Shown: positions 16,353 through 25,065, numbered from the stretch's first letter. The stretch: DNA of 32,000 bases from Telmatocola sphagniphila (GCF_018398935.1 NZ_CP074694.1:810001-842000); one strand, 5' to 3'. The notes: a model not told the origin generated them from the letters alone. Made by a program: numbers and translations.

Positions 16353-17282
16353 ATGAATCGTCGTGAATTTGTCGCCGCCGGGATCAGTGCCATTGCACTC
16401 AGTCCTCTCTCCGCAAAGGAAGCACCCATGCAGCCAATAATCGATACGCATCAGCATCTCTGGGACCTTACGAAAGTGAAGCTCAGTTGGCTCAAAGAGG
16501 GGTCGCCGCTCAATAATCAGTTTCGGCCCCAAGAGTATGCCACGGCGACTGCTGATGTGGGGATTGTGAAATCAGTCTACATGGAAGTCGATGTGGTTCC
16601 GGATAATCAGCAGATCGAGGCCGATTACATTATTGATCTCTGCAAGAGCAAGAAGACTCCCACCGTCGCGGCGGTACTCGGTGGACATCCCTCGTCGGAA
16701 GGATTCGCCAAATACGTCGCTCAGTTCAAGGGAAGCCCCTACGTTAAAGGCATCCGGCAGGTGATACACGTCGATTCGACGCCCGCGGGTTACTGCAACA
16801 GTAAAGATTTTGAAAAAGGGGTGCAACTATTGGGTGAGCTCGGATTGAGTTTCGATATCTGCATCCGTCCCGGCGAAATTCCCTACGGCGCCAAACTGGT
16901 GGATGCCTGCCCGCATACGCGTTTCATTCTCGATCACTGTGGGAATGCTCCCATAAATGATGCCGCGCAAATGGCGACCTGGAAAAAGGATATCGCCGAT
17001 ATCGCGAGCCGCAAGAATATCGTTTGCAAGGTGTCCGGCATCGTCGCCTCGGCCAAAAAAGGGGCTTGGAATGCCGATACGCTGGCCCCGGCTATTAATC
17101 ACACGATCGAAGCTTTCGGCTGGGATCGGGTGATGTTTGGCGGAGATTGGCCTGTATGTACGCTCGCGGCGAGCTATAAAGAATGGGTAGCTGCTTTGAA
17201 GAGCATCGTGTCCAATCAGTCGAAAGAAAACCAGATGAAGCTCTTCCATGATAACGCAGCCAAGTTTTATGGCTTAACTTAA
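16353..17282 (+). CDS. Amidohydrolase-2 family (lactonase-like) metal hydrolase with twin-arginine signal peptide
   Basis: 309 aa with Tat-type signal MNRREFVAAGISAIALSPLSA. Metal-binding HxH in IDTHQHLW and a C-terminal FGGDWPV block, as in PF04909-type lactonase/decarboxylase members. Confidence 0.8.
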   Translation: MNRREFVAAGISAIALSPLSAKEAPMQPIIDTHQHLWDLTKVKLSWLKEGSPLNNQFRPQEYATATADVGIVKSVYMEVDVVPDNQQIEADYIIDLCKSKKTPTVAAVLGGHPSSEGFAKYVAQFKGSPYVKGIRQVIHVDSTPAGYCNSKDFEKGVQLLGELGLSFDICIRPGEIPYGAKLVDACPHTRFILDHCGNAPINDAAQMATWKKDIADIASRKNIVCKVSGIVASAKKGAWNADTLAPAINHTIEAFGWDRVMFGGDWPVCTLAASYKEWVAALKSIVSNQSKENQMKLFHDNAAKFYGLT

Positions 17283-17298
17283 TGCAAAGGTGGAGAGC

Positions 17299-17685
17299 AT
17301 GGCCGCTCTTACGACGCTCCTACTGATGTTCACCTGTGCCCCTGTTCCCAAGGGGCCCACTCCCGATCTTAAGATGCCCGGCTACCTGGGCGTCCAGTTC
17401 GATGAAGTGGAGAAGGGGATTCTGCTCACCAACGTGTACGACGAATCCCCCGCCAAGCGAGCAGGACTCGAGCCAAGCGATGTGATAACGCAGATTTCGG
17501 GCCGACAGGTCAGGGATATGCTTACCGTTCAAAATATGATTTACGAAACCCCGCCGAATACGCTGATTGTCATCGGAATTCTGCGGGGTGACAAAGTCTT
17601 AAATGTAAAATTGCGCGTCGGTCATCGACCCAAGGATTTTCCCGTTTATCCGCTCAACCAGAATGAGACGGTGATACTTCCTTAA
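17299..17685 (+). CDS. Stand-alone HtrA-type PDZ domain protein, possible lipoprotein (paralogue 1)
   Basis: 128 aa from ATG 17299, with GGTGGAG RBS-like sequence just upstream; GTG 17290 is the alternative start. Short hydrophobic N-terminus MAALTTLLLMFTC. The PDZ carboxylate-binding loop PGYLGV and SPAKRAGLEPSDVI..ISG..V resemble HtrA PDZ domains. No protease domain is present. Confidence 0.7.
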   Translation: MAALTTLLLMFTCAPVPKGPTPDLKMPGYLGVQFDEVEKGILLTNVYDESPAKRAGLEPSDVITQISGRQVRDMLTVQNMIYETPPNTLIVIGILRGDKVLNVKLRVGHRPKDFPVYPLNQNETVILP

Positions 17686-17699
17686 TTGGCAGGATTAAA

Positions 17700-18035
17700 G
17701 TGTACTCCGCATTGGCTACCCTTCTGTTTTCCTGCTGCATGCCCATACCTAAACCGGCAATTCCGGATCAGTACGCACCGGGATATTTCGGTGTCCGCAT
17801 GACCCCCGAGGGAAGATTGGTTCGCATTACCGAGGTCGTCGAAGATACGCCGGCCTCCCGCGCCGGCATACAACCGGGGGATCTTCTTCAAAAAATTGGG
17901 ACCTATCAGGTCGATGGCGATGATGAACTTCGCGAGATGATTACCACATTACGGCCGGGTACTCGATTACCGATTGTAGTGACTCGCAAGGGCAAGAATC
18001 TCACTCTTTCGCTTACCGTCACTTCCAAGAATTAG
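17700..18035 (+). CDS. Stand-alone HtrA-type PDZ domain protein, possible lipoprotein (paralogue 2)
   Basis: 111 aa from GTG 17700, with AGGA 5 nt upstream. N-terminus MYSALATLLFSCC, PDZ loop PGYFGV, and TPASRAGIQPGDLL..IG..V. It is colinear with paralogue 1 along its whole length and starts 14 nt after it. Confidence 0.7.
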   Translation: MYSALATLLFSCCMPIPKPAIPDQYAPGYFGVRMTPEGRLVRITEVVEDTPASRAGIQPGDLLQKIGTYQVDGDDELREMITTLRPGTRLPIVVTRKGKNLTLSLTVTSKN

Positions 18036-18889
18036 CCACCCCGGGGACGGTTGAAAAATTCACCCATCAAGGTCTGAGCGCCGGTACTGGGGACCAGCCT
18101 CATAAAAGCTTCCCGTTCCAGTTTCAGCGCTTCCTGAAAGGGTAGGTGGATACCTTCCTGTATGATCCTCAGGGCTTCGTTGATGGCTGGCTGCCGGTTT
18201 AGGTTGTCCGAATGATATTCCGAAACATCCAGCGGTTGCACATCGTGTTTAGGATCGTGTTTGCGACGGCGGGCTTCCTGATACGAACTCGAGCTGGATT
18301 TCAGCAGACTTTTGCCAAATTCCATTAATTTTTCCGAGTCGGTTCTCCAATCGAACAGCCGAGTTTTCGGTTCTCCCGTGCAGATGAGCTCGGCGGCCAA
18401 CGGGCTGGAATAGAGCCGGGAAAATCTTTGCGTGCCGCCCCAGCCGGGAATTAAGCCCAGTTTGACTTCCGGAAATCCCAGACTCAGCTTGGGGTTATCC
18501 CCTTCAATTCGAAGATCGCAGGCCAAGGTGACTTCCAAACCCCCTCCGAGGCAGACGCCGTCGATCAACGCCACGGTTGGAAAAGGGAGCGATTCGAGCA
18601 TCGAAAGAGTATTGTTGCCCAGATCGATGAATTCCTCGACCGATTTCATGTCCCCCGTTTGGCGGGGATACAACTCCTTGATATCGGCTCCTGCGAGAAA
18701 AACCCCCGGTTTGGTGCTTTGCAGAATCAGCCCCTGAAGTGTGTGGTCTTCCTTGATTTCTTTCAGGGCAAGCTGCAGGTCCGTCCAGAGTTCCCGAGTC
18801 AGCACGTTGAGCTTGCTGTTCACCCGATCGAAACTGATCACTGCGAAATGGTCGTTAAGATCGAGTTGGAGAGTCGCCGTGTTCCTCAT
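18032..18889 (-). CDS. Enoyl-CoA hydratase/isomerase (crotonase) family protein
   Basis: 285 aa with crotonase blocks VFLAGADIKEL, ALIDGVCLGGGLEVTLACDLRI and FPEVKLGLIPGWGGTQR. Confidence 0.88.
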   Translation of the reverse strand: MRNTATLQLDLNDHFAVISFDRVNSKLNVLTRELWTDLQLALKEIKEDHTLQGLILQSTKPGVFLAGADIKELYPRQTGDMKSVEEFIDLGNNTLSMLESLPFPTVALIDGVCLGGGLEVTLACDLRIEGDNPKLSLGFPEVKLGLIPGWGGTQRFSRLYSSPLAAELICTGEPKTRLFDWRTDSEKLMEFGKSLLKSSSSSYQEARRRKHDPKHDVQPLDVSEYHSDNLNRQPAINEALRIIQEGIHLPFQEALKLEREAFMRLVPSTGAQTLMGEFFNRPRGG

Positions 18890-19260
18890 CGTCTTCCGCC
18901 TCCGAAATTACCGGGGCCTCCCAATCTGCCGATTGAGGCTATTTCCTAATTGTGCAGGGGATGCGGACGGAGATCAATAAGTCCTTAAACTGAATTCGCA
19001 ATCGCAGGCGGCCCATCTGCAATCTCACCCTCTTGAACCCGGTCCAGCTTATCCACATTTTCCAAGTTCACACTTCGCCGGTAATCTGGGCAATACTACC
19101 CGGATGTAGCAGATTTCTCGAATTGGATGTTCGTAACGAATCCGTCAAATCTTCTCATGCTAAGGAAAACTCTTGCCGAAATATTTGTTAGGAATGCAGG
19201 AGATGCGCGGGGGCAAGTAGGCACACTTGCTTCGGCTGTGCAGTATCGGGAGCGAACAAA

Positions 19261-20664
19261 ATGCGAAATCGTTTTTTGAGTTCGGTCGCCGCGATGGCGG
19301 CAGGAGCGAGTCTGGCCTGGGGTCAGGTGCCCGGTACACCTCCACAAGGTTATGGCGATGGAATGTTAATGCCTGCGGGTCACCAGCAGGCTCCGCTGAT
19401 CCCTCCCCAGATGGCTCCTTCGGAAGCTGCACTGATGGGTGGCGGTCCAGGGCCAGAATATCCCCCACCGGGGAATTTCCAGGATATGTTTAACGGCGGG
19501 AAAGGCGTTCCGTCGCTGACTAGCAGCTTCACCGGCTGGCCAATCGTCTGGGGCAGCGTCGATTACTTGCTCTGGACTCCCAAGTCTGCCAATATCAACT
19601 ACCCGATAGCGACGACCGGGGCTGCCGCCAGCGGCGGTATCCTGGGCAACGCTTCAACGGGTACGATCTATCCGGGCGACGCTAATTTTGGCTTCGGCTC
19701 CGGTTATCGAATCACCTTTGGGGCCTTCTTAGGCGATGATCGCCGAGTTGGGTTCGAAGGCTCGGGATACCAGATGGCCACCCAGTCGAAGTCTTACTCG
19801 ATCTCCAGCGACGGGGCTGGCTTCCCGCTGATTGCCCGTCCGTACGTCAATGCCGTCGGACTTGCTCAATCTTCCTACATCGTTGCCGCTCCGAACGTTG
19901 CTTCCGGTACACTCGGTTACAAGTTCGACACCAGCAGCTTCGGTGTGGAAGGAAACTGGCTGTTGAACATCTACCGCACCTGCCCCGGGGATGACTGCGG
20001 CTACGGTTTGAATGTGAACTTTATCGCGGGCTTCCGTTATGCGGAAATTGAAGAGCATCTGCTCATCGGTTCGACCAGTACCGCTCTGCAGACTCCGGGT
20101 GCTCAACCGACGCCCTTCGTTGGAACTTTCCAGCCTGGCTTGACGATTACCACCGTAAATGACTCCATCCGAACGGATAACCAGTTCTACGGTGGTCAGG
20201 TCGGTATCCAGACGGAAATACAGAACGGTCGAGCTTTCTGGAGATTCGATGCCAAGCTGGCTATCGGTGACATGCACGAAACGGCCGACATCAACGGCTA
20301 TTCCGCTTTGACCCGGGGTACCGATGTGAACGCCACGACCAGCACGGCCATCGGTGGTCTGTATGCGAACACCAACACGATCGGTCGGTATCGACAGGAT
20401 CAGTTCGCTATTATTCCCGACTTCAATCTGACCTTCGGTTATCACCTGCTGAAGTGCTGCACGGTTCAAGTGGGTTATAACTTCATCTACTTCAACAACG
20501 TAGCTCGACCGACGGATGTGGTCAGCCCGGTGATCAATCCAGCAGTCATCCCGACCAACGCTGCTTTCGGGACGAACCTGCCAGTGGTACCCATCGGCAG
20601 CCGGATCCAGCAGACGGATTATTATCTTCAAGGTCTGAACTTCGGTGTGACCTTCCAGTACTAA
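19261..20664 (+). CDS. Outer-membrane beta-barrel protein, BBP7-like (planctomycete porin-type family)
   Basis: 467 aa with signal peptide MRNRFLSSVAAMAAGASLAWG/QV and a Pro/Gly-rich linker. This is followed by WGSVDYLLWTPKS and G/Y/F/N/T-rich alternating beta-strand sequence. The C-terminal aromatic OMP signature is ..GVTFQY. The family assignment comes from recalled family features, not a search. Confidence 0.7.
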   Translation: MRNRFLSSVAAMAAGASLAWGQVPGTPPQGYGDGMLMPAGHQQAPLIPPQMAPSEAALMGGGPGPEYPPPGNFQDMFNGGKGVPSLTSSFTGWPIVWGSVDYLLWTPKSANINYPIATTGAAASGGILGNASTGTIYPGDANFGFGSGYRITFGAFLGDDRRVGFEGSGYQMATQSKSYSISSDGAGFPLIARPYVNAVGLAQSSYIVAAPNVASGTLGYKFDTSSFGVEGNWLLNIYRTCPGDDCGYGLNVNFIAGFRYAEIEEHLLIGSTSTALQTPGAQPTPFVGTFQPGLTITTVNDSIRTDNQFYGGQVGIQTEIQNGRAFWRFDAKLAIGDMHETADINGYSALTRGTDVNATTSTAIGGLYANTNTIGRYRQDQFAIIPDFNLTFGYHLLKCCTVQVGYNFIYFNNVARPTDVVSPVINPAVIPTNAAFGTNLPVVPIGSRIQQTDYYLQGLNFGVTFQY

Positions 20665-20687
20665 ACTCAGCCGTTGAAAAATCTCAA

Positions 20688-20718
20688 AGCCGGAGTGGCG
20701 AAAACACTCCGGCTTTTT
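20688..20718 (+). terminator. Rho-independent terminator of the BBP7-like gene
   Basis: Stem AGCCGGAGTG (20688..20697) pairs with CACTCCGGCT (20705..20714) around the loop GCGAAAA, followed by TTTT (20715..20718). It begins 24 nt after the stop codon. Confidence 0.75.
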
Positions 20719-20852
20719 CGTTGCCCGCTCTGAACTTCGCACTTTCCCACTGGCAGCTATCTTCCACTATTCGCATCGGGTATAATTAATTACCGATCTC
20801 CTTTCGTTTTCGAGACGACTTCCTCCCTTCTATCGCCCGCGGAGGTTCTGAC

Positions 20853-22349
20853 ATGTTAAGTTTCAAGCATCCCGGCCGACATTGCATTGCGGGTTCCTGG
20901 CATCCCGGCACTGGGGAAATTCTCAGCCGCAATCCGGCCAATCTGGATGAGATCATCGGAGCCTTCCCGGTCGGTACTCAGGCAGAATCCATCGAAGCCG
21001 TGGCTGCGGCCCGGCATGCCTTTCCGAACTGGCGGCGCACGAGTCGCCTGCACAGAGCGGAATGCTTCAATCGGCTGGCGAATATCATCGAGCGAGATCA
21101 GGAATATCTGGCCGAGTTAATGGCTCGCGAAGTGGGAAAAACTCTCTCGGAGTGCCGGGCGGAAGTGGTCGAAGGCCTGCACATGGTGCAGTATGTTTTC
21201 GGCACCGGACGCATGCCCACCGGTTACGTCATCGATTCGGAGATTTCCGAAAAAGACGCCTTCCTGCGTCGCAAGCCGTGGGGGGTGGTCGCCGTAATTA
21301 CTCCCTGGAATTTTCCGTTCGCCGTGCCACTGTGGATGCTCGGCCCATCGCTTCTGGAAGGGAACACGGCCGTTTTCAAGCCTTCCGAAGACTCGCCGGC
21401 CATTGGTCAGCGCCTTTTCGAACTCTTCCTAGAAGCCGGTTTCCCGCCGGGAACGATCAATCTCCTGCACGGGGATGGGACGACTGGGGAAGCCCTGGTT
21501 GACAATCCCGAAGTGAGCGTGGTTCTTTTCACCGGGAGTTACGAGGTCGGTAAACGGATTCAGCAGGTCTCAGCAAATCACTTCGATCGAATCGTTGCAG
21601 CCGAAATGGGATCGAAGAGTGCCGTAATCATCTGCGACGACGCTCGAATCGATCTGGCTGTCTCGGCGGGACTCATCAGTGCTTTCAAGACAAGCGGCCA
21701 GCGCTGCGTTTCGGCCGGCCGACTTCTAGTTCAGGAAAAGATCTTCGATAAGTTCGCCGAAAAACTCCTGACGGTGACCAAACGCATTCGCATTGGAAAT
21801 CCGCTCGACGAGCGAAATTTTACCGGACCGGTAATCCATGAGAATTCGGTGGAAAAGGTTCTGAAATATAACCGTTTGTCGAAGGAGGAGGGAGCCGAAG
21901 TGCTTCTGGTCGGCGAACGAATGCTCGATCACGAACACAAGCGGGGCTGCTATTTGACGCCTCATGTCTACCGGATTGCTCATTCGCCGCAGATACGATG
22001 TATCCGGGAAGAGGTGTTTGGGCCGCACTTGGCGCTGATTCCCTTCAAGACGCTCGACGACGCCATTGAAATCTACAACGATACCGATTTCGGGCTGTCC
22101 ATGGCCGTGATTACCGAAGATTTTCGGAAGATGCGGCTGTTCCGCGAGGAGTGCAACTTCGGCATGGGGTATGTGAACCTTCCCTGTATCGGGGCAGAGG
22201 TTCACCTCCCGTTCGGCGGTGTCAAGAAGAGCGGCAACGGCCATCCGTCCGCGGCGGGACTGGTCGATGCGGTTACACACAAAATTGCCTGGACCGTGAA
22301 TCACGGAACGGAAATCAAAATGGCTCAAGGGTTGAAAACTGATGTTTAA
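20853..22349 (+). CDS. NAD(P)-dependent aldehyde dehydrogenase family protein
   Basis: 498 aa with ALDH blocks ITPWNFP and FTGSYEVGKRI, a general-base Glu in AAEMGSKSAV, a nucleophile Cys in GQRCVSAGR, then EEVFGP and PFGGVKKSGNG. A GGAGG RBS lies 7 nt upstream. Substrate is not assignable from sequence alone. Confidence 0.9.
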   Translation: MLSFKHPGRHCIAGSWHPGTGEILSRNPANLDEIIGAFPVGTQAESIEAVAAARHAFPNWRRTSRLHRAECFNRLANIIERDQEYLAELMAREVGKTLSECRAEVVEGLHMVQYVFGTGRMPTGYVIDSEISEKDAFLRRKPWGVVAVITPWNFPFAVPLWMLGPSLLEGNTAVFKPSEDSPAIGQRLFELFLEAGFPPGTINLLHGDGTTGEALVDNPEVSVVLFTGSYEVGKRIQQVSANHFDRIVAAEMGSKSAVIICDDARIDLAVSAGLISAFKTSGQRCVSAGRLLVQEKIFDKFAEKLLTVTKRIRIGNPLDERNFTGPVIHENSVEKVLKYNRLSKEEGAEVLLVGERMLDHEHKRGCYLTPHVYRIAHSPQIRCIREEVFGPHLALIPFKTLDDAIEIYNDTDFGLSMAVITEDFRKMRLFREECNFGMGYVNLPCIGAEVHLPFGGVKKSGNGHPSAAGLVDAVTHKIAWTVNHGTEIKMAQGLKTDV

Positions 22350-22359
22350 CTGCGTCTGA

Positions 22360-22393
22360 ATTTCGGATGCGCTTTGTGGCGAACATCCGAAAT
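22360..22393 (+). other. Intercistronic stem-loop between the aldehyde dehydrogenase and aminotransferase genes (no U-tract)
   Basis: ATTTCGGATG-CGC (22360..22372) pairs with GCG-(AA bulge)-CATCCGAAAT (22379..22393) around the loop TTTGTG. It starts 11 nt after the ALDH stop and ends 36 nt before the aminotransferase ATG. CCCGATTG follows rather than a T-run. Confidence 0.5.
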
Positions 22394-22429
22394 CCCGATT
22401 GAAGGAACGTAAAAATTGGGGGTAAGGTC

Positions 22430-23818
22430 ATGTTCGCTCTGGATCATCTTCCCGTACCGCATCTGGAAACCTCTCTTCCGGGTCCGAAAGCCCGCGAGTG
22501 GCTGGAAATCGATCATCAATTCGTTTCGGAATCCTACACCCGCGTCTACCCGCTGGTCGTTGCCCGCGGCAGTGGCGCCATCGTGGAGGATGTGGACGGC
22601 AACCGTTTTCTCGATTTCACGGCCGGTATCGCGGTGAATGCCACCGGGCATTGTCACCCGCATGTGGTGGCCGCGATTCAGGATCAGTCGACTAAACTCT
22701 TGCATATGTCAGGCACCGATTTCTACTACGGCCCGCAAATCGAATTGGCGGAGAAATTGGCTCAACTGGCGCCGGGTCCCAGCCCGAAAAAAGTCTTTTT
22801 CACCAATAGTGGCGCTGAATCGATTGAGGCCGCACTGAAACTGGCCCGCTGGCACACCCGGCGAAATCGAGTCGTGGCCTTCCTGGGAGCTTTTCATGGC
22901 CGGACCTACGGAGCCATGTCTCTCTCGGCCTCCAAGCTCATTCATCGCGCGGGCTTTTCACCCCTGGTTCCAGACATTCATCACGTCCCTTTCCCTCGCG
23001 ATTGCGATAACTGCGCTTCCCATAAGAATCGAACATTATCCGCCTGCGAGTGCCTGAACGAGATTGAAAATCATCTCCTCCATCGGATCGCTCCCCCGGA
23101 GGAAGTCGCCGCCATTTTCGTCGAAGCGATCCAAGGGGAAGGGGGCTATCACGTCGCACCACCGGGGTTCCTGCAGGGATTGAGAAAACTCTGCGACAAA
23201 CATGGAATTCTACTGGTGATGGATGAAGTGCAGACCGGGATGGGTCGCACGGGCAAGATGTTCGCCGTGGAGCATTTCGGCGTCGAACCCGACATCATCT
23301 GTCTGGCGAAAGGGATTGCCAGCGGCCTACCTCTCGGCGCGATCATTGCCAAAAGTTCAGTGATGAATTGGCCCAGCGGTAGTCATGCCAGCACTTTCGG
23401 TGGTAACCCGGTCTCGTGCCGGGCCGCTCTGGCCACCATTGAACTGCTCGAGTTGGAGTACATGGCCAATGCGGCCGAACGCGGCGAGCAGCTTCGAAAA
23501 GGCTTACGCGATCTGTCGCTTCACCACGAGTGTCTGGCCAACGTTCGGGGATTGGGATTGATGACCGCGGTAGACTTGGTGAAGGATCAACCCAACTGGG
23601 ACTATCACCCGCCGCTGCGCGATGCCGTCATTCAAGCCGCTTTTCATCAGGGCTTGCTGCTGTTGGGTTGCGGTGAATCAGCGATCCGTTTCTGCCCGCC
23701 TTTGTGCATCACGGCGGAGCAGATTGATCTGGGACTGTCGATTCTGGAAGATGTACTCTACGATGTCGAGGTAGCCCCGCTCCCCAGACATCAATTGGAA
23801 GTCGTGAATGTGGACTGA
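22430..23818 (+). CDS. Class-III PLP-dependent aminotransferase (GabT / acetylornithine aminotransferase family)
   Basis: 462 aa with class-III blocks [33 protein letters not shown] and [15 protein letters not shown]. The Schiff-base Lys is in [14 protein letters not shown]. Confidence 0.9.
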   Translation: MFALDHLPVPHLETSLPGPKAREWLEIDHQFVSESYTRVYPLVVARGSGAIVEDVDGNRFLDFTAGIAVNATGHCHPHVVAAIQDQSTKLLHMSGTDFYYGPQIELAEKLAQLAPGPSPKKVFFTNSGAESIEAALKLARWHTRRNRVVAFLGAFHGRTYGAMSLSASKLIHRAGFSPLVPDIHHVPFPRDCDNCASHKNRTLSACECLNEIENHLLHRIAPPEEVAAIFVEAIQGEGGYHVAPPGFLQGLRKLCDKHGILLVMDEVQTGMGRTGKMFAVEHFGVEPDIICLAKGIASGLPLGAIIAKSSVMNWPSGSHASTFGGNPVSCRAALATIELLELEYMANAAERGEQLRKGLRDLSLHHECLANVRGLGLMTAVDLVKDQPNWDYHPPLRDAVIQAAFHQGLLLLGCGESAIRFCPPLCITAEQIDLGLSILEDVLYDVEVAPLPRHQLEVVNVD

Positions 23819-23824
23819 GCAAAA

Positions 23825-24976
23825 CTAAGCAAGATTTTCCACGATCACTGCCACGGCGTTGCCTCCGCCCAGGCAAAGGCTGGCACAGCCGAATTTTTTC
23901 CCGGTTCTTTTGAGCGTGTGAATCAGGCTGGTGAGGACCCGGGCACCCGATGCTCCGATCGGATGGCCCAGGGCGACGCCGCCGCCTTGCACGTTGACTT
24001 TTTCCGGATCCAGTTTCAATTCTCGACAGCAGGCCAGCATTTGGGCCGCGAACGCTTCGTTGATTTCGAAATAATCGATGTCTTCGAGTTTCAATCCCGC
24101 TTTGGCAATTGCACGCTGGATGGCTTCCACCGGGGCGATGAATATATCCTTCGGATCGACGCCGCTGGTAGCCTGGCTGCGAATTTTCGCCAGAGGTTTT
24201 TGGCCCTGCTTCTGGGCATAAACTTCCGAAGCTATCACCAGCGCGGCCGCCCCATCCGAGAGTTGCGAAGCATTCCCGGCGGTGACGGTTCCGTCTTTGG
24301 CAAAGGCCGGTTTCAGGCGAGCCAGCGCTTCAACGCTCGAATCGGCTCGGATGCCTTCATCGCGATCGATTCGAAGTGTCGTTTTCCCACTTTGTACTTC
24401 TACCGGAAGCACTTCTTCGTTGAAAAAGCCCTGTTCCCAGGCCGCTGCAGCTCGAAGATGCGAATGAACCGAAAATTCATCCTGATCTTTCCGGGTGATG
24501 CCAAATTTTTTGGCAATGTGCTCGGCGGCGTTACCCATCGGCCAGTGTTCGAAGGGGCAATACAAGCCATCGTGAATCAAGGCATCGGTAAGTTGAGCAT
24601 CGCCGTATTTGAAACCGGTTCGGCCCCGGAGCAGATGCGGCGCATTAGACATGCTTTCCATGCCGCCCGCAATTATGCACTCGGCTTCGCCGGATCGGAT
24701 ACTGACATCGGCGAGCATGACGGCTTTCAGCCCCGAGCCGCACACCATGTTTACCGTATGAGCGTCCATCGTGGTCGGTAGTTCGGCGCCCAGGGCCGCT
24801 TGTCGGGAGGGGTTCTGTCCGACCCCGGCTTGTACCACATTCCCCATGATCACCTGATCGGGAACCAGTTGGAAATACTGGATGACGAGCGCCCCTAATT
24901 GCGGCGCGGTCAACGGAGAAAGTCCGCCGAGGAATTTACCGATGGGAGTGCGAACCGCGGAGAGAATAACGGTCAT
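23825..24976 (-). CDS. Acetyl-CoA C-acetyltransferase (thiolase II)
   Basis: 383 aa. Acyl-Cys in [12 protein letters not shown], then NEAFAAQ, His in [18 protein letters not shown], and the second catalytic Cys in [12 protein letters not shown]. Confidence 0.92.
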   Translation of the reverse strand: MTVILSAVRTPIGKFLGGLSPLTAPQLGALVIQYFQLVPDQVIMGNVVQAGVGQNPSRQAALGAELPTTMDAHTVNMVCGSGLKAVMLADVSIRSGEAECIIAGGMESMSNAPHLLRGRTGFKYGDAQLTDALIHDGLYCPFEHWPMGNAAEHIAKKFGITRKDQDEFSVHSHLRAAAAWEQGFFNEEVLPVEVQSGKTTLRIDRDEGIRADSSVEALARLKPAFAKDGTVTAGNASQLSDGAAALVIASEVYAQKQGQKPLAKIRSQATSGVDPKDIFIAPVEAIQRAIAKAGLKLEDIDYFEINEAFAAQMLACCRELKLDPEKVNVQGGGVALGHPIGASGARVLTSLIHTLKRTGKKFGCASLCLGGGNAVAVIVENLA

Positions 24977-25033
24977 GCGGGAATCCCCGAAAGAGATTTT
25001 CAGTACTCGATGAGATGAATTCTACCGGGAATC

Positions 25034-25065
25034 GTCAATTCGCCGTGGCTAACGCGCGAATTGAC
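25034..25065. repeat. Perfect 10-bp inverted repeat GTCAATTCGC-N12-GCGAATTGAC (candidate operator or hairpin) between acnA stop and thiolase start
   Basis: Arms at 25034..25043 and 25056..25065 are exact reverse complements. The repeat lies 58-89 nt upstream of the thiolase ATG (24976) and 56 nt downstream of the acnA stop. No U-tract follows it in the acnA transcription direction. Confidence 0.5.

Noticed and set aside
19729-20742. 337-aa minus-strand ORF
   Set aside because: It is antisense to the BBP7-like barrel gene, which has a signal peptide, an OMP C-terminal signature and a terminator.
20751-20766. Sigma-54-like TGGCAG-N5-TTCCA upstream of the aldehyde dehydrogenase gene
   Set aside because: The -12 element lacks the conserved GC (TTCC instead of TTGC). 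A plain TATAAT (20781..20786) lies just downstream, but on its own that is too weak to call a promoter.
23918-24781. 287-aa plus-strand ORF
   Set aside because: It is antisense to the thiolase gene, whose catalytic motifs are all intact.
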